From: Nannocystis bainbridge
GTDB taxonomy: Bacteria > Myxococcota_A > Polyangia > Nannocystales > Nannocystaceae
Direction: 5' to 3'
DNA length: 64,000 nt
NCBI RefSeq assembly: GCF_028368995.1
Contig: NZ_JAQNDL010000004.1
Coordinates: forward strand, 320,001 to 384,000
Shown in pieces: positions 1 through 9,498 of the stretch. The notes under the pieces were generated by a model that saw only the letters and a program-made list of their open reading frames with translations, did no database searches and was not told the origin of the DNA. Positions within the stretch are counted from its first letter, which is position 1. Each line of letters opens with the position of its first letter. The position numbers were made by a program, and so were the translations under genes.

Positions 1-771
1 CACCGGGGCGGCCAGGCTTGGGACGGGCGGGTCGTCGGCGAGGTCGCCGGCGAGCGCGCCCTCGCGCAGGGGGGCGGCGGCGGGCGAGAGCGGCGGCTCC
101 GGATCACCGAGGTTTGGCGCGGTGGCGCGCACGGGCGCGGTGCCGGGCGACGATGGCTGCTCGGGAGCGCCGAGGTTTGGCGCGGTGGCGCGCACGGGCG
201 CGGTGCCGGCCGGCGATGGCTGCTGCGGATCGCCGAGGTTTGGCGCGGTGGCGCGCACGGGCGCCGCGTTGGGCGAGGGCAGCGGCTCCGAGTTGCCGAT
301 CTCGGGAGTGGCGGGGAGCCGCGAGGTCGCGGCCGCGGCCGTGGGCAGACCCGGCGCACCCGGGCGAGACGCCGGGGCGCCCGACGGGGCACCCGCGGCC
401 GGCGATTTCGGGCCGCGGAGGTCGGCCGTCATGCGCGTGGCGATTTCCTCGGGCGCGACGGCGAGGGCGATCAGCAGCGCCGTCACGTCCGCCAGGCCGC
501 GGCAGTCGCGGGCCTCGATCGTGCGGCGGTCGTCGAGCCGGTGCCCGCGCAGCGTCAGCCGCAGGCGCCAGCCGCCTCGCGGTCGCGGCGTCACGTCGGC
601 CGCGGCGCGCACGAGCGGCCCGGACGGCGGGACGGGCACGAGCTCGCGCAGCCGCTGGTGGATCGCGTCGGCGTCGGGACAGGCGGCCGGCGCCCGCCAG
701 CTCAGCTCGACCCGAGGGGCGTCCGGCGTCGACCCCAGCGCGACGAGCAAGCCTGCGAGCGCCACGAGCAC
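1..771 (-). CDS. Hypothetical exported protein, 3' end off window; Pro/Ala-rich linker with 21-aa repeats
   Basis: Not in the ORF track because it has no stop in the window. Read by hand from GTG at 771: VLVALAGLLVALGSTPDAPRVELSWRAPAACPDADAI...RRTIEARDCRGLADVTALLIALAV. Has a signal-like N-terminus and a W-x-A-P-x-x-C-P motif common in myxobacterial hypotheticals. The + ORF 122..874 is its antisense shadow. Confidence 0.75.
   Translation of the reverse strand, partial: MLVALAGLLVALGSTPDAPRVELSWRAPAACPDADAIHQRLRELVPVPPSGPLVRAAADVTPRPRGGWRLRLTLRGHRLDDRRTIEARDCRGLADVTALLIALAVAPEEIATRMTADLRGPKSPAAGAPSGAPASRPGAPGLPTAAAATSRLPATPEIGNSEPLPSPNAAPVRATAPNLGDPQQPSPAGTAPVRATAPNLGAPEQPSSPGTAPVRATAPNLGDPEPPLSPAAAPLREGALAGDLADDPPVPSLAAPV
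95..268. repeat. Coding tandem repeat, about 3 x 63 bp (APVRATAPNLGxPxxP)
   Basis: ccgaggtttggcgcggtggcgcgcacgggcg recurs at 107, 170 and 233. Confidence 0.9.
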
Positions 772-1147
772 GCGCCGATTCTACGCCGCCGCGAGACCCG
801 CAGGCCGCGAACGTGCGGCGCTCGATGAGTGTGCGACCGCGCTCGGGCCTGCGCCGGAGGCATGCCGGGTGTGACCCCGAGGGAGGGAGCGGGGCAAGGC
901 GAGCAGCAGCACTGCGCTCGATGCATTGCAGGGCGCAGACATTTGCATCGAGGTTTAAGTATAGGAAGAGCCTGCGCGTCGTGGCATCGAACATTGGTTC
1001 GGGCAATGCGCAGAGCGCAGGCCGATGCCAACAGGCATTGCGATCCCCGGGCTGATGCCAGCAACATAGCGATGGAACGTACATGATCCGAGCGGCGCGC
1101 GGCCGCCGAATCACCGCAGCGCGAGCCGGGGCATCCGCCGAGCGCGA

Positions 1148-1189
1148 CGCGCCCCGCGACATGTCCTTCAAGACATGCATGAACGGACA
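1148..1189. repeat. 14-bp-phased TGTC-N6-GACA array (2-3 units)
   Basis: cgcgccccgcgaca|tgtccttcaagaca|tgcatgaacggaca. Confidence 0.75.
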
Positions 1190-1304
1190 GCCCAAGCTCC
1201 TCAGCCCGCACCCCACGCGCGAAAGCGCAGCCCCCACCCGCACATGCGGGCATGCATTCGCCCTGTAAGCCGCGGGCCCCGGGGCGGCGTTCGCCGGTTC
1301 GACG

Positions 1305-1907
1305 ATGGACACGCGCACCCTGAAGATCTCCCGGCCTTGCCCCATCGAGCTCGACGCCGACCGCAGCGGCCGCCAATTCTTCTGCGATCACTGTCAAAAG
1401 GACGTCCACGTCCTCGCCAACTGGCCCCGCGCCGAGGCCGAGGCGTTCCTGGCCGCCAACCGCGGGCGTTCGGTGTGCGTCTCGCTCCGGCGCGACGCCG
1501 GCGGCGCGCTGCAGTACGCCGATTCGCCGCCGCGAACGCCCCCACCGGCGCTGGTCCCGGTCGCGCGCCTGCGCCGGCGCTGGTTGCCCGAGGCGGCCGC
1601 TGCCGCCGGTGTGGCCGCGGCCCTGAGCGCCTGCACGCCGCACGGGCCGACGAGGCCCGTCGAGAGGCTCGAGCCCGAGGTGGACGTCGTGCTCAGCGTC
1701 GCCGCCGGCGGGGTCAACATTCCCCACGAGATCGCTCCCCCGGCGCCGATGATCCGGGGCGAGCTGGCTCCGGAGCCGCAGATCGAGCGCGGCGAGAAAC
1801 CTGCCATCGAGCCGCCCGCGACCCAGCCCCGTGGCCCCGTGAAGGCGCCGAAGCAGCCGGCGAACGAGCCGGAGCCGCAGACCTTCGACGGCGGCCTCGA
1901 CCTGTGA
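1305..1907 (+). CDS. Hypothetical protein: N-terminal Cys-rich domain, internal lipobox-like LSAC, Pro-rich tail
   Basis: PCPIE...FFCDHCQKDVH...VCV; RRR + AAAAAGVAAALSAC; GC3-rich codon usage. Confidence 0.8.
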   Translation: MDTRTLKISRPCPIELDADRSGRQFFCDHCQKDVHVLANWPRAEAEAFLAANRGRSVCVSLRRDAGGALQYADSPPRTPPPALVPVARLRRRWLPEAAAAAGVAAALSACTPHGPTRPVERLEPEVDVVLSVAAGGVNIPHEIAPPAPMIRGELAPEPQIERGEKPAIEPPATQPRGPVKAPKQPANEPEPQTFDGGLDL

Positions 1908-2228
1908 GCGCAGGCCCCGATCGCATGGGCACCACGGCATCCGCGGGGCACGCGGCGATCGGCAACAGATGCGACATGTCCCGAGAGACATGCGATGGAT
2001 CCGCGCGGCGTCCGGAAGTCGAGACCCCGCGCGAGCACAGCCCCGGGGCCGCCCGATCGCCCGACCGAAGGTCCGCGCCGATCCACGCCTCACGCGGTTC
2101 ACGTGGGCGCTCCGACGCGCGCCCGTCCGCTGCGTAGCGACGCCCCGCGGACGCGGTTCGCGGCTCCACCCGGGCTTGTGGTCGCGCGACGGATTGACAC
2201 GCCGTCTCGAGCCGGCGAAAGCTCGTGC

Positions 2229-2627
2229 ATGGCTTTGCTTCCCGAGACCCGATTGTTCCCGTGCACCGCGTGCCACGAACTGGCGTGCGCCGCCGATCCC
2301 GCCTGCCCGCACTGCGGCACCGCGTGGTCTCCCTCCGAGCGCGCAGGCCGGCTCGCGGCGCTCGCCGCAGCGCTGGCGATGGCGGCCTGCAACCTCAGCG
2401 ACCCGCAGCCGGAGTACGGCAGCCCCGACACGATCACGGAGGGCGGGACCACCGAGACGACGGGCACGGACGCGACGACCACGACGAGCACGACCACGAC
2501 GAGCACGACGAGCACGGACACGACGGACACCGATCCGACGAGCGCGGGCACGACGCCGACCACCGGCACGAGCACGACGAGCGACGGGACCACCGACACG
2601 GACACGACCGACGCGACCGGCCCATAG
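2229..2627 (+). CDS. Putative lipoprotein with N-terminal zinc ribbon and Thr-rich tail
   Basis: ATG 2229; CTACH...CPHCG; LAALAAALAMAAC; PEYG; poly-Thr/Asp tail. Confidence 0.75.
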   Translation: MALLPETRLFPCTACHELACAADPACPHCGTAWSPSERAGRLAALAAALAMAACNLSDPQPEYGSPDTITEGGTTETTGTDATTTTSTTTTSTTSTDTTDTDPTSAGTTPTTGTSTTSDGTTDTDTTDATGP

Positions 2628-2723
2628 CCGTTGCGGGGCCGCGAGCAGCCAATTCGGCGCTGCGCTCGCGGGTGGCCGCGTCGACCGCTTGCACTTTGCG
2701 CGGAACCGGCGACCCTCGGGTGC

Positions 2724-3389
2724 ATGTCCACCCGGATCTTGCTCATCCGCCACGGCGCCACCGTGCTGTCCGCCGAGGACCGCTTCGCCGGCTCGACCGA
2801 CGTCGACCTGTCCGACGAGGGGCGGCGCCAGGCCCGGTGCCTCGGCGAGCGGCTCGCCGATCAGGAACTCGCCGCCGTCTACGCGAGTCCGATGCGGCGC
2901 GCCCACGAGACCGCGACGCTGGTGTCCGCCGCCTGCGGGCGCGAGCCGATCGCCGAGCCCGGCCTGCGAGAGATCGACCACGGCCGCTGGGAGGGGCTCA
3001 CGCGCGCCGAGGTCGAGGCGCGCTTCCCCGCGGAGTACGGCGCCTGGGAGGAGGACCCGTACACCTTCGCGCCCGAGGGCGGCGAGCCGGGCCTGGAGGT
3101 GATGGCCCGCGCGCTGCCTGTCATCCGCCGGATCGTGCTGCAGCACCCCGACCAGACCGTCGCCGTCGTCTCGCACAAGGCGACCATCCGCCTGGTCCTC
3201 TCGAGCCTGCTCGGCATCGACGCCCGCGGCTACCGCGACCGCCTCGACCAAGCGCCTGCGTGCCTCAACATCCTCGAGTTCAAGGACGTCGTGCGCGCCC
3301 GCCTGATGCTCTACAACGACGTCTCGCACTACACCGACTACACCGCCCGCCCGAGCGCGAAGCTCTCGAAGTGGTGGGACCACCCGTGA
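2724..3389 (+). CDS. Histidine phosphatase (phosphoglycerate mutase-like) family protein
   Basis: LIRHGAT, ASPMRRA, LREIDHGRWEG, VVSH motifs. Confidence 0.93.
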   Translation: MSTRILLIRHGATVLSAEDRFAGSTDVDLSDEGRRQARCLGERLADQELAAVYASPMRRAHETATLVSAACGREPIAEPGLREIDHGRWEGLTRAEVEARFPAEYGAWEEDPYTFAPEGGEPGLEVMARALPVIRRIVLQHPDQTVAVVSHKATIRLVLSSLLGIDARGYRDRLDQAPACLNILEFKDVVRARLMLYNDVSHYTDYTARPSAKLSKWWDHP

Positions 3390-3400
3390 GCGCCGCGACC

Positions 3401-3470
3401 TGGTGATACGAGCATGTCCGTGAGGGCATGTGCGATCGGCCATGTCTTGAAGGACATGTCCATTCAGCCT
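3401..3470. repeat. 14-bp-phased palindrome array (4-5 units)
   Basis: tggtgatacgagca|tgtccgtgagggca|tgtgcgatcggcca|tgtcttgaaggaca|tgtcc. Confidence 0.85.
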
Positions 3471-3708
3471 TGCTCGTAAGCGATGCGCGGCTGTTCGCAG
3501 CGCTCGATGCGCCGCAGGCGCTCGCGCAGTGGCGGGAGCTGCCCCCGGGTTGGCGGGCGGCCGGCGACACCACCCGCGAGCTCGACCGGCGGGCTGGACA
3601 GTAAACCACGGCTCGACCTGCGCCCGGGGAAGAGCGCTTGCAGGGCCCTCGCGCTCGTTTGCAGCCGCGAGGAAATTCCGGCGTTGCAAGGCGCGCACGT
3701 TTTCCCGC

Positions 3709-3740
3709 TTGACCTTGACACTGACGTCAAGGTTTAGGGT
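3709..3740 (+). promoter_or_regulatory. MerR-type promoter with dyad operator in an extended spacer
   Basis: -35 TTGACC 3709-3714; perfect inverted repeat ACCTTGAC-N6-GTCAAGGT 3712-3733; -10-like TTAGGG/TAGGGT at a 19-20 bp spacer; directly upstream of a MerR gene. Confidence 0.85.
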
Positions 3741-3757
3741 CTCGTCCGGAGGTGTCG

Positions 3758-4159
3758 ATGAGGATCGGAGAGCTCGCAACGCGGACGGGGGTCAGCCCTC
3801 GCGCGATCCGCCACTACGAGAAGGCCGGCTTGCTCAGCGCCGGTCGTCTCTTCAACGGCTATCGCGACTTCGGCGACCAGGCGGTGGCCGAGGTGAAGCA
3901 CGTCGCGCGCATGATCCGGCTCGGCTTCTCGCTCGAAGAGATAGCGACCTTCCCCGCCTGCATGTTCACCGACGGCGCCGCCGCGCTCTGTCCCGTCGCC
4001 TTGCAGGCCCACCGCGACAAGCTCGAGGAGATCGAGACCTTGATCGCGGAGCTGGAGGAGCGTCGTGATCGCCTGCTCGCCACCCTCAAGGCCGCCGCGC
4101 AGCAGAGCGCGCAGGCAGCGAGGGTAGCGAGCCGCGACCAGGAGGCGAACGGACCATGA
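3758..4159 (+). CDS. MerR family transcriptional regulator
   Basis: MRIGELATRTGVSPRAIRHYEKAGLL...NGYRDF; GFSLEEI; C-terminal coiled coil; GGAGG RBS. Confidence 0.95.
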   Translation: MRIGELATRTGVSPRAIRHYEKAGLLSAGRLFNGYRDFGDQAVAEVKHVARMIRLGFSLEEIATFPACMFTDGAAALCPVALQAHRDKLEEIETLIAELEERRDRLLATLKAAAQQSAQAARVASRDQEANGP

Positions 4160-5088
4160 GACGCAGACAATTTTTCACGAACCTCGGACTCGCCGCGGGC
4201 GCCGCGGCCCTGACCACCACCCACCAAGCCCACGCGGCCGCACCCGTGCCCGCGACCGCGCCGCGCACCTACGTGCTCATCCACGGCGCGTGGCACAGCG
4301 CGTTGCACTGGGCGCGGATCGTCCGGCTGCTCAGCGCCCGCGGCCATCGCGTCGTGGCGCTCGACCTGCCGGGTCACGGCCTCTCGGCCCGGTTCCCGCG
4401 CGCTTACCTCGGCGCGGATCGGGCCGCCTTCGCCGCCGAGGTCTCGCCGCAGAAGGACCTCCGCCTCGACGACGCCGCCGACCTCGTGATCGCCGCCCTG
4501 CGCGAGCTGCAGGGCCCGTCGCGGCCGATCGTCGTCGGCCACAGCATGGGCGGCACCGTCATCACGCGGGTGGGCGAGCGCGCCCCGGAGCTGGTCGGCC
4601 GGCTCGTCTACCTCACCGCCTACTGCCCCGTGCGGCGCGGCCCCACGAGCGCGTACGGTGAGCTGCCCGAGGCCAGGCACGCGAAGGTCGATGGCTTGAT
4701 GCTCGGCGATCCAGGCAAGACTGGCGTCGTCCGCATCGATCCGCGCGGCGACGCCAATTACCGCGCGCTGCTGCGCGCCGGCTTCTATCACGACGTCCCG
4801 GAGGACGAGTTCCTCGCTTTCGCCCTGGCGCTGACGCCCGACCTGCCGCTCGGCTACTGGACCACCGACGTCGGCGCGACGAAGGAGCGCTGGGGATCCT
4901 TGCCGCGGACCTTCATCCGCTGCACCGACGATCGCGCCCTGCCGCTCGCCCTGCAGGACCTCATGATCCGCGAAGCCGACGCCTGGACGCCGACCCATCG
5001 CTTCGACCGCAAGACCCTCAAGACCAGCCACTCGCCGTTCGCCTCGGCCCCCGAGGCCCTGACGGCGCTGCTCCACGAACTGCCGTGA
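4156..5088 (+). CDS. Tat-exported alpha/beta hydrolase (esterase-like)
   Basis: MRRRQFF twin-arginine signal with AHA cleavage; HGAWH, GHSMGG, C-terminal SHSPF; ATGA overlap with the MerR stop. Confidence 0.93.
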   Translation: MRRRQFFTNLGLAAGAAALTTTHQAHAAAPVPATAPRTYVLIHGAWHSALHWARIVRLLSARGHRVVALDLPGHGLSARFPRAYLGADRAAFAAEVSPQKDLRLDDAADLVIAALRELQGPSRPIVVGHSMGGTVITRVGERAPELVGRLVYLTAYCPVRRGPTSAYGELPEARHAKVDGLMLGDPGKTGVVRIDPRGDANYRALLRAGFYHDVPEDEFLAFALALTPDLPLGYWTTDVGATKERWGSLPRTFIRCTDDRALPLALQDLMIREADAWTPTHRFDRKTLKTSHSPFASAPEALTALLHELP

Positions 5089-5212
5089 GCGAAGCGCGGA
5101 GCCGAGTCGGCTCGCGCGCGGTCCCGGCGTCGAAGCTCCCGATTTGCGACCACTCCTGCGTCTGCGACCCGCGTCGTTGCTCGTCACGACAGCGGGTGAT
5201 ACTGCTGCGAGC

Positions 5213-6001
5213 ATGATCGGCCTCGAGGACATCGCCATCACCCGCTGGGGCGCTGTGGGACCGCGCATCGTCCTCGTCCACGGCGGGGTGCAGGGCAGCA
5301 AGGTCCGCGGCGAGCGTCACTTCTCGGCGCAGGCGCGGCTCGTCGACCGCGGCTTCCAGCTGCTCGTGCCCGACCGGCCCGGCCACGGACGCAGCTCGGC
5401 GCCGGGCCGCCCTGACGACGCCGAGGCTGACGGCGAGTGGGCCGCGCAGTTGCTGGGCGACGGCGCCCACCTCGTCGGTCACTCGTTCGGCGGCTGCGTC
5501 GCGCTCGCTGCCGCGGCCCGGCGGCCCGCCGCGGTCCGCAGCCTCACGCTCATCGAGCCCGCCATGCTCGCGCTCGCCATCGCCAGCCCTGCCGTCCTCG
5601 GCTTCGTGCTCCGCACCGCCCTCACGCTCAAGCTCTCGCGCGATCACGAGGCCCGCGCCCGGCGGTTCGGCGAGCTCATGCACATCCCCGACGGCCTCCA
5701 CGGCGACGACGCGTCCGAGCTCGCCGCCATCGGCCAGGCCATCGAACACCTCGTGGTCCCGCGCAAGGTCGACCTCGAGCGCGAGCTCGCGGTCATCGCT
5801 CAGGCGGGCATCCCCCTGCTGGTCGTCACCGGCGGCTGGGGCCGCGCCCTCGACGTGTCCGCCAGGAGGGCCGCCGTCCTGGGCCGCGGCCGCCTCGTCA
5901 CCATCGAGAGCCCCCATCACTTCCCGCAGCTCGTCTCCGAAGCGTTCAACGAGCGCCTCGCCGCCTTCGTCACCGCCGCGGAGCGCCGCCTGGTCGCCTG
6001 A
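5213..6001 (+). CDS. Alpha/beta fold hydrolase
   Basis: VLVHGG, DRPGHGRS, GHSFGG, C-terminal HHFP; start uncertain. Confidence 0.9.
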   Translation: MIGLEDIAITRWGAVGPRIVLVHGGVQGSKVRGERHFSAQARLVDRGFQLLVPDRPGHGRSSAPGRPDDAEADGEWAAQLLGDGAHLVGHSFGGCVALAAAARRPAAVRSLTLIEPAMLALAIASPAVLGFVLRTALTLKLSRDHEARARRFGELMHIPDGLHGDDASELAAIGQAIEHLVVPRKVDLERELAVIAQAGIPLLVVTGGWGRALDVSARRAAVLGRGRLVTIESPHHFPQLVSEAFNERLAAFVTAAERRLVA

Positions 6002-6149
6002 GAATCCGCGCAGCGGGGGCGGGTGAGCCTCACGCACCCGCGGATGTCTCTCGGGACAGGTCGGTCCGCAACCTGCGGGCGTCCCGAGTCCCGCAGGGCC
6101 GTACCGGAGTGCGTCTCCAGGTCGGCTGCTCGACGAGGCTCAACCCCAG

Positions 6150-6608
6150 TCATTGCCGCATTGAAGGACCCTCGTTCGAGAGCCTGGGTTCGGCCTCGGG
6201 TCTGCGGCTCACCAGGCACGCGACGCGATCGATGCGGTCCGCGAACTCGATCGCCGCACTGGCATCCGCGGCCTCCCCCGACACCGAGCGCACGATCTTG
6301 CCGCCATCACCGCGAATAACGAGCATCGCCTTCCGCGTCGCCATGTACACGAGGACGAGCACGACGGCAGCGACAGCCCCGAGTGCGATCTTGTCTGCCA
6401 ACCCCGCGACGACAAGGGTGATGACAGCGAGGACCAGCAAGCCCGGTTCTTCGCGCTTGACGACCTCCGTACCGCTGAGGCAGTGCAGGAGGAGCGTCGT
6501 CGAAGTGTTCGTCTCTTGATTGCGATAGACCACGCGGTGCGTGGTGAGTGTCACCGCGTTCCAGGTGCAGAGCTCGTGCTCGTTCGGGAAGTACTTGCGT
6601 TGCGTCAT
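6150..6608 (-). CDS. Hypothetical membrane protein with two TM helices
   Basis: VTLTTHRV N-terminus and two hydrophobic segments; less GC3-biased than its neighbours. Confidence 0.7.
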   Translation of the reverse strand: MTQRKYFPNEHELCTWNAVTLTTHRVVYRNQETNTSTTLLLHCLSGTEVVKREEPGLLVLAVITLVVAGLADKIALGAVAAVVLVLVYMATRKAMLVIRGDGGKIVRSVSGEAADASAAIEFADRIDRVACLVSRRPEAEPRLSNEGPSMRQ

Positions 6609-6757
6609 GATGCTTCGACGTTTCGGCAGGCCAGGCGGCCCGTATCAGCGGGGCCGGGTCGCGGGGTCCAGGCGCGGAGACCTGCCAGAACTCAGCGCCC
6701 TGGGGTCTGAACAGGTAGTGTCGGCAGCCGGCCAGTCCGGTCACGGAGAGCGCTCGT

Positions 6758-7279
6758 TCGATGGCAGGCGAGGGCACCCGGACCCACCACGACCCGCGGC
6801 TGTCCCGAGAGACATACGCGCCACAAACCCAGTCGCCCGGCGACCAGGCAGGGCCATGATGGTCTTCACAGGGCGGGCGAGGGGCGGCGCAGTGGGAGGC
6901 AGCGAGGTCCCCATGCCTCACGCGCAGGCGCGGCGGGCCTCTACGGACACGCCCCGTCGAGTCGATGGCAGGCGAGGGCACCCGGACCCACCACGACCCG
7001 CGGCTATCCCGAGAGACATACGCGCCACAAACCCAGTCGCCCGGTGACAGGCGGGGCCGCGACGGTCTTCACAGGGCGGGCGAGGGGCGGCGCAGCTGAC
7101 TCACCACGACAATCGGCTGTCCCGAGAGACATACGCGCCACGAGCCCCTTTGCGCGGTGACCAGGCGGGGCCACGACGGTCTTCACAGGGTGGGCGAGGG
7201 GCGGCGCAGTGGGACGCAGCGAGGGGCCCCATGCCTCACGCGCAGGCGCGGCGGGTCTCTGCGGACAGGGCCCCGTCGC
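6758..7279. repeat. Intergenic degenerate tandem repeat, 204-bp unit (one full, two partial), each with T(G/A)TCCCGAGAGACA
   Basis: tcgatggcaggcgagggcacccggacccaccacgacccgcggct at 6758 and 6962; third copy about 7102-7279; palindromes at 6801, 7005 and 7118. Confidence 0.9.
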
Positions 7280-7380
7280 ACCCTCCGCGCCGAGCATGTG
7301 GCATGGCAGGTCTCGCGTCGCGACGGACCCGCTGCGCCGCCCCTCGTCCGCCCGCTCGACAATATCCTGGCCCCGCCCCG

Positions 7381-7510
7381 AGGGACCCGCGACAGGAGCC
7401 GCGCGACGAGACCTGTCCCGAGGGACAGGCGACAGGAGCCGCGCGACGAGACCTGTCCCGAGGGACACGCGACAGGAGCCGCGCGGCGAGACCCCGAGGG
7501 ACGCGCGACG
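7381..7510. repeat. 3 x 40-bp tandem repeat containing TGTCCCGAGGGACA
   Basis: agggac-ngc-gacaggagccgcgcgacgagacctgtcccg at 7381 and 7421, decayed copy at 7461. Confidence 0.9.
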
Positions 7511-7610
7511 AGAGCCGCCTGCAGACGACCCTCGAGAGCGAAGCGAGCAAAACGCGAAGAGCCCCCGTGGACGCGCCACGAGAGCTCCTGCGCCTCGGCG
7601 TCGAGTCAGC

Positions 7611-9440
7611 CTACCAGCGAGCCTGCGCCAGCAAGAAGAACCCGAGCCGGTTCGTCACGTTCGGATCCTCGAACACGCGGATCCGGCCCGACTCGTTGCT
7701 CGCCTTCACGAACTTCGTCCGGTTGTTGTCGAGCGTATAGCGCAGCTCCGACACCACCACGAAGAACGGCGCGATGTCCCACTTCAGCGTCAGCTTGCCC
7801 GACAGGATGTCGAACGGGTTCTGGCCGGCTGGCAGGACCTCCTGGTCCCAGAACTCGCGGTACACGTTCGTCGTGTCGCCGACCTTGATCGACGCCGGCG
7901 ACTTGTACGCCAGCACGGCGCCGGGCGTCAGCTTCGAGCGCTCGAAGTAGTAGTCGAGGCCCAGCGAGCCCCACAGCTCGGGCGACACCCGCGCCTCGTG
8001 GGGGAACGTCTGGTACGGGAACACGCCCGGGATCGACAGCACCACGAACGCCAGGTCGCGGTAGATGGCATTCGCGAACAGGCGCAGCTTCTTGATCCGC
8101 AGCTTGCCGAGGAACGCCGCCGCCTTGGCCGGCTGGATCCGCGTCGTATCGGGCTGCTCGAACTGCTGCAGCGTCTGGCCGACCGTCGTAAACTCGATCG
8201 CTGCCGAGCCGGCGGTGCGGTTGTCGTAGATCTGGTTCTGCGTCAGCAGGAAGCTGGCGTCCGGGCTGTAGCGGAACAGCTGGAAGTCGATCGACGTGCC
8301 GATCGGGACGCCCCAGTGGGCCGTCAGGCGGGTCGAGCCGCCGAACGTCTGCACCGTCTTGCCGCCGATGCGCGAGTTCGGCGAGAACATCGGGAACGCG
8401 CCCGACTGGTAGTAGCCGCCGTTGACCTCCCACGCGAGCCACGGCGTGAAGCCGATGCCGAACCCGGCGAGCGCCGAGTAGTACGTCTGCGGCTCGTTGA
8501 TCTTCTCGTTGAGCAGGCGCGCCGACTTGGCGCCGAGGAACACGTAGCTGTCCTTGCCGGTGCCGACGTTCCAGTCGTAGCGCAGGCGCAGGCCCGGCGT
8601 CTGGCCGGTGTTGTTGGGGAACATGCGCTCGCCGCCCCACGTGACCGCGTACGTGTACCCGAGCAGGAACCGCTGCGAGTCGACCGGGAACATCGTCAGC
8701 GAGATGTTATCGCCGGTGTAGTCGTTGCGCTTCGTGTAGAAGTTGAGCTTGCCGTACGAGCCGTCGTCGCTGAGCGTCGTGTAGTTCTGGAACGTCTTGC
8801 CGTCGTGCCACTGCTCGATCTCGGTGACGAACGCCGCCTCCGCGTCCATCCGCTTGAAGAACGTCGGCATGCGCTTGTAGACGACGAGCTGCGTCTCGGT
8901 CTCGAAGCCGCGCTTCTCCTGCTCGATCGCGTCGTAGAACAGGCGGTCGGCCGCCAGCTTGAAGCCGGCCGAGGGCGAGCGGTCCTTCGCGCCGGCGAGC
9001 AGGTTGTCGTCGGAGATGGCGAACGTGAGGCGCGTCGCCATCGCGTTGCCGGCCGTCCACTGGTTGTAGCCCGTCGACGGCATCGCCCGCTGGTCGTCGA
9101 CGCTGCGGCGCTGCTCCTGGGTGGCCAGGCGCTGCTCGGCGCGGTCGACCCGCGTGCGCAGGGCCCGGAGCTCCTTCTGCAGCGCGTCGATGTCGACCGC
9201 CTGCGTCGTGCTGGTCGGAGGGGCAGGTCCCTCGGCGCTGGTCGCATCCGGCTCGGCCGGCGGCGGCGCGGCCGACGGGGCTGGCGGCGTCAGCGTCGGC
9301 GTCTGGCTGGCCGAGGCAGGCGGCTGGCTCGACCCGGGGGGCGGACCGGAGTCGCCCTGGCTGGGCTGGAGCGACGCGAGGGCGAGGCCGGGCGCGAGCC
9401 AGGCGACGGCGAGGACGGCGGCGGGAAGGGGCCACTGCAT
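7611..9440 (-). CDS. Putative outer-membrane beta-barrel (porin-like) protein
   Basis: Signal peptide, Pro-rich linker, coiled coil (IDALQKELRALRTRVDRAEQRL), amphipathic aromatic beta-strands, C-terminal FFLLAQARW resembling a BamA beta-signal. Confidence 0.8.
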   Translation of the reverse strand: MQWPLPAAVLAVAWLAPGLALASLQPSQGDSGPPPGSSQPPASASQTPTLTPPAPSAAPPPAEPDATSAEGPAPPTSTTQAVDIDALQKELRALRTRVDRAEQRLATQEQRRSVDDQRAMPSTGYNQWTAGNAMATRLTFAISDDNLLAGAKDRSPSAGFKLAADRLFYDAIEQEKRGFETETQLVVYKRMPTFFKRMDAEAAFVTEIEQWHDGKTFQNYTTLSDDGSYGKLNFYTKRNDYTGDNISLTMFPVDSQRFLLGYTYAVTWGGERMFPNNTGQTPGLRLRYDWNVGTGKDSYVFLGAKSARLLNEKINEPQTYYSALAGFGIGFTPWLAWEVNGGYYQSGAFPMFSPNSRIGGKTVQTFGGSTRLTAHWGVPIGTSIDFQLFRYSPDASFLLTQNQIYDNRTAGSAAIEFTTVGQTLQQFEQPDTTRIQPAKAAAFLGKLRIKKLRLFANAIYRDLAFVVLSIPGVFPYQTFPHEARVSPELWGSLGLDYYFERSKLTPGAVLAYKSPASIKVGDTTNVYREFWDQEVLPAGQNPFDILSGKLTLKWDIAPFFVVVSELRYTLDNNRTKFVKASNESGRIRVFEDPNVTNRLGFFLLAQARW

Positions 9441-9498
9441 GGGGTACGTGGTCTCTCGGCTACGGGACCGGAGGCGTCGGCGGGGGGCGAGGTCCGGG

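Noticed and set aside
3452-3461. Junction GGACATGTCC matches the p53 half-site RRRCATGYYY
   Set aside because: Coincidence of joining GACA to TGTC; isolated units show the real unit is TGTC-N6-GACA.
7381-7510. 40-bp repeat with a palindrome as a mini-CRISPR
   Set aside because: Units are contiguous with no unique spacers, and there are no cas genes or leader.
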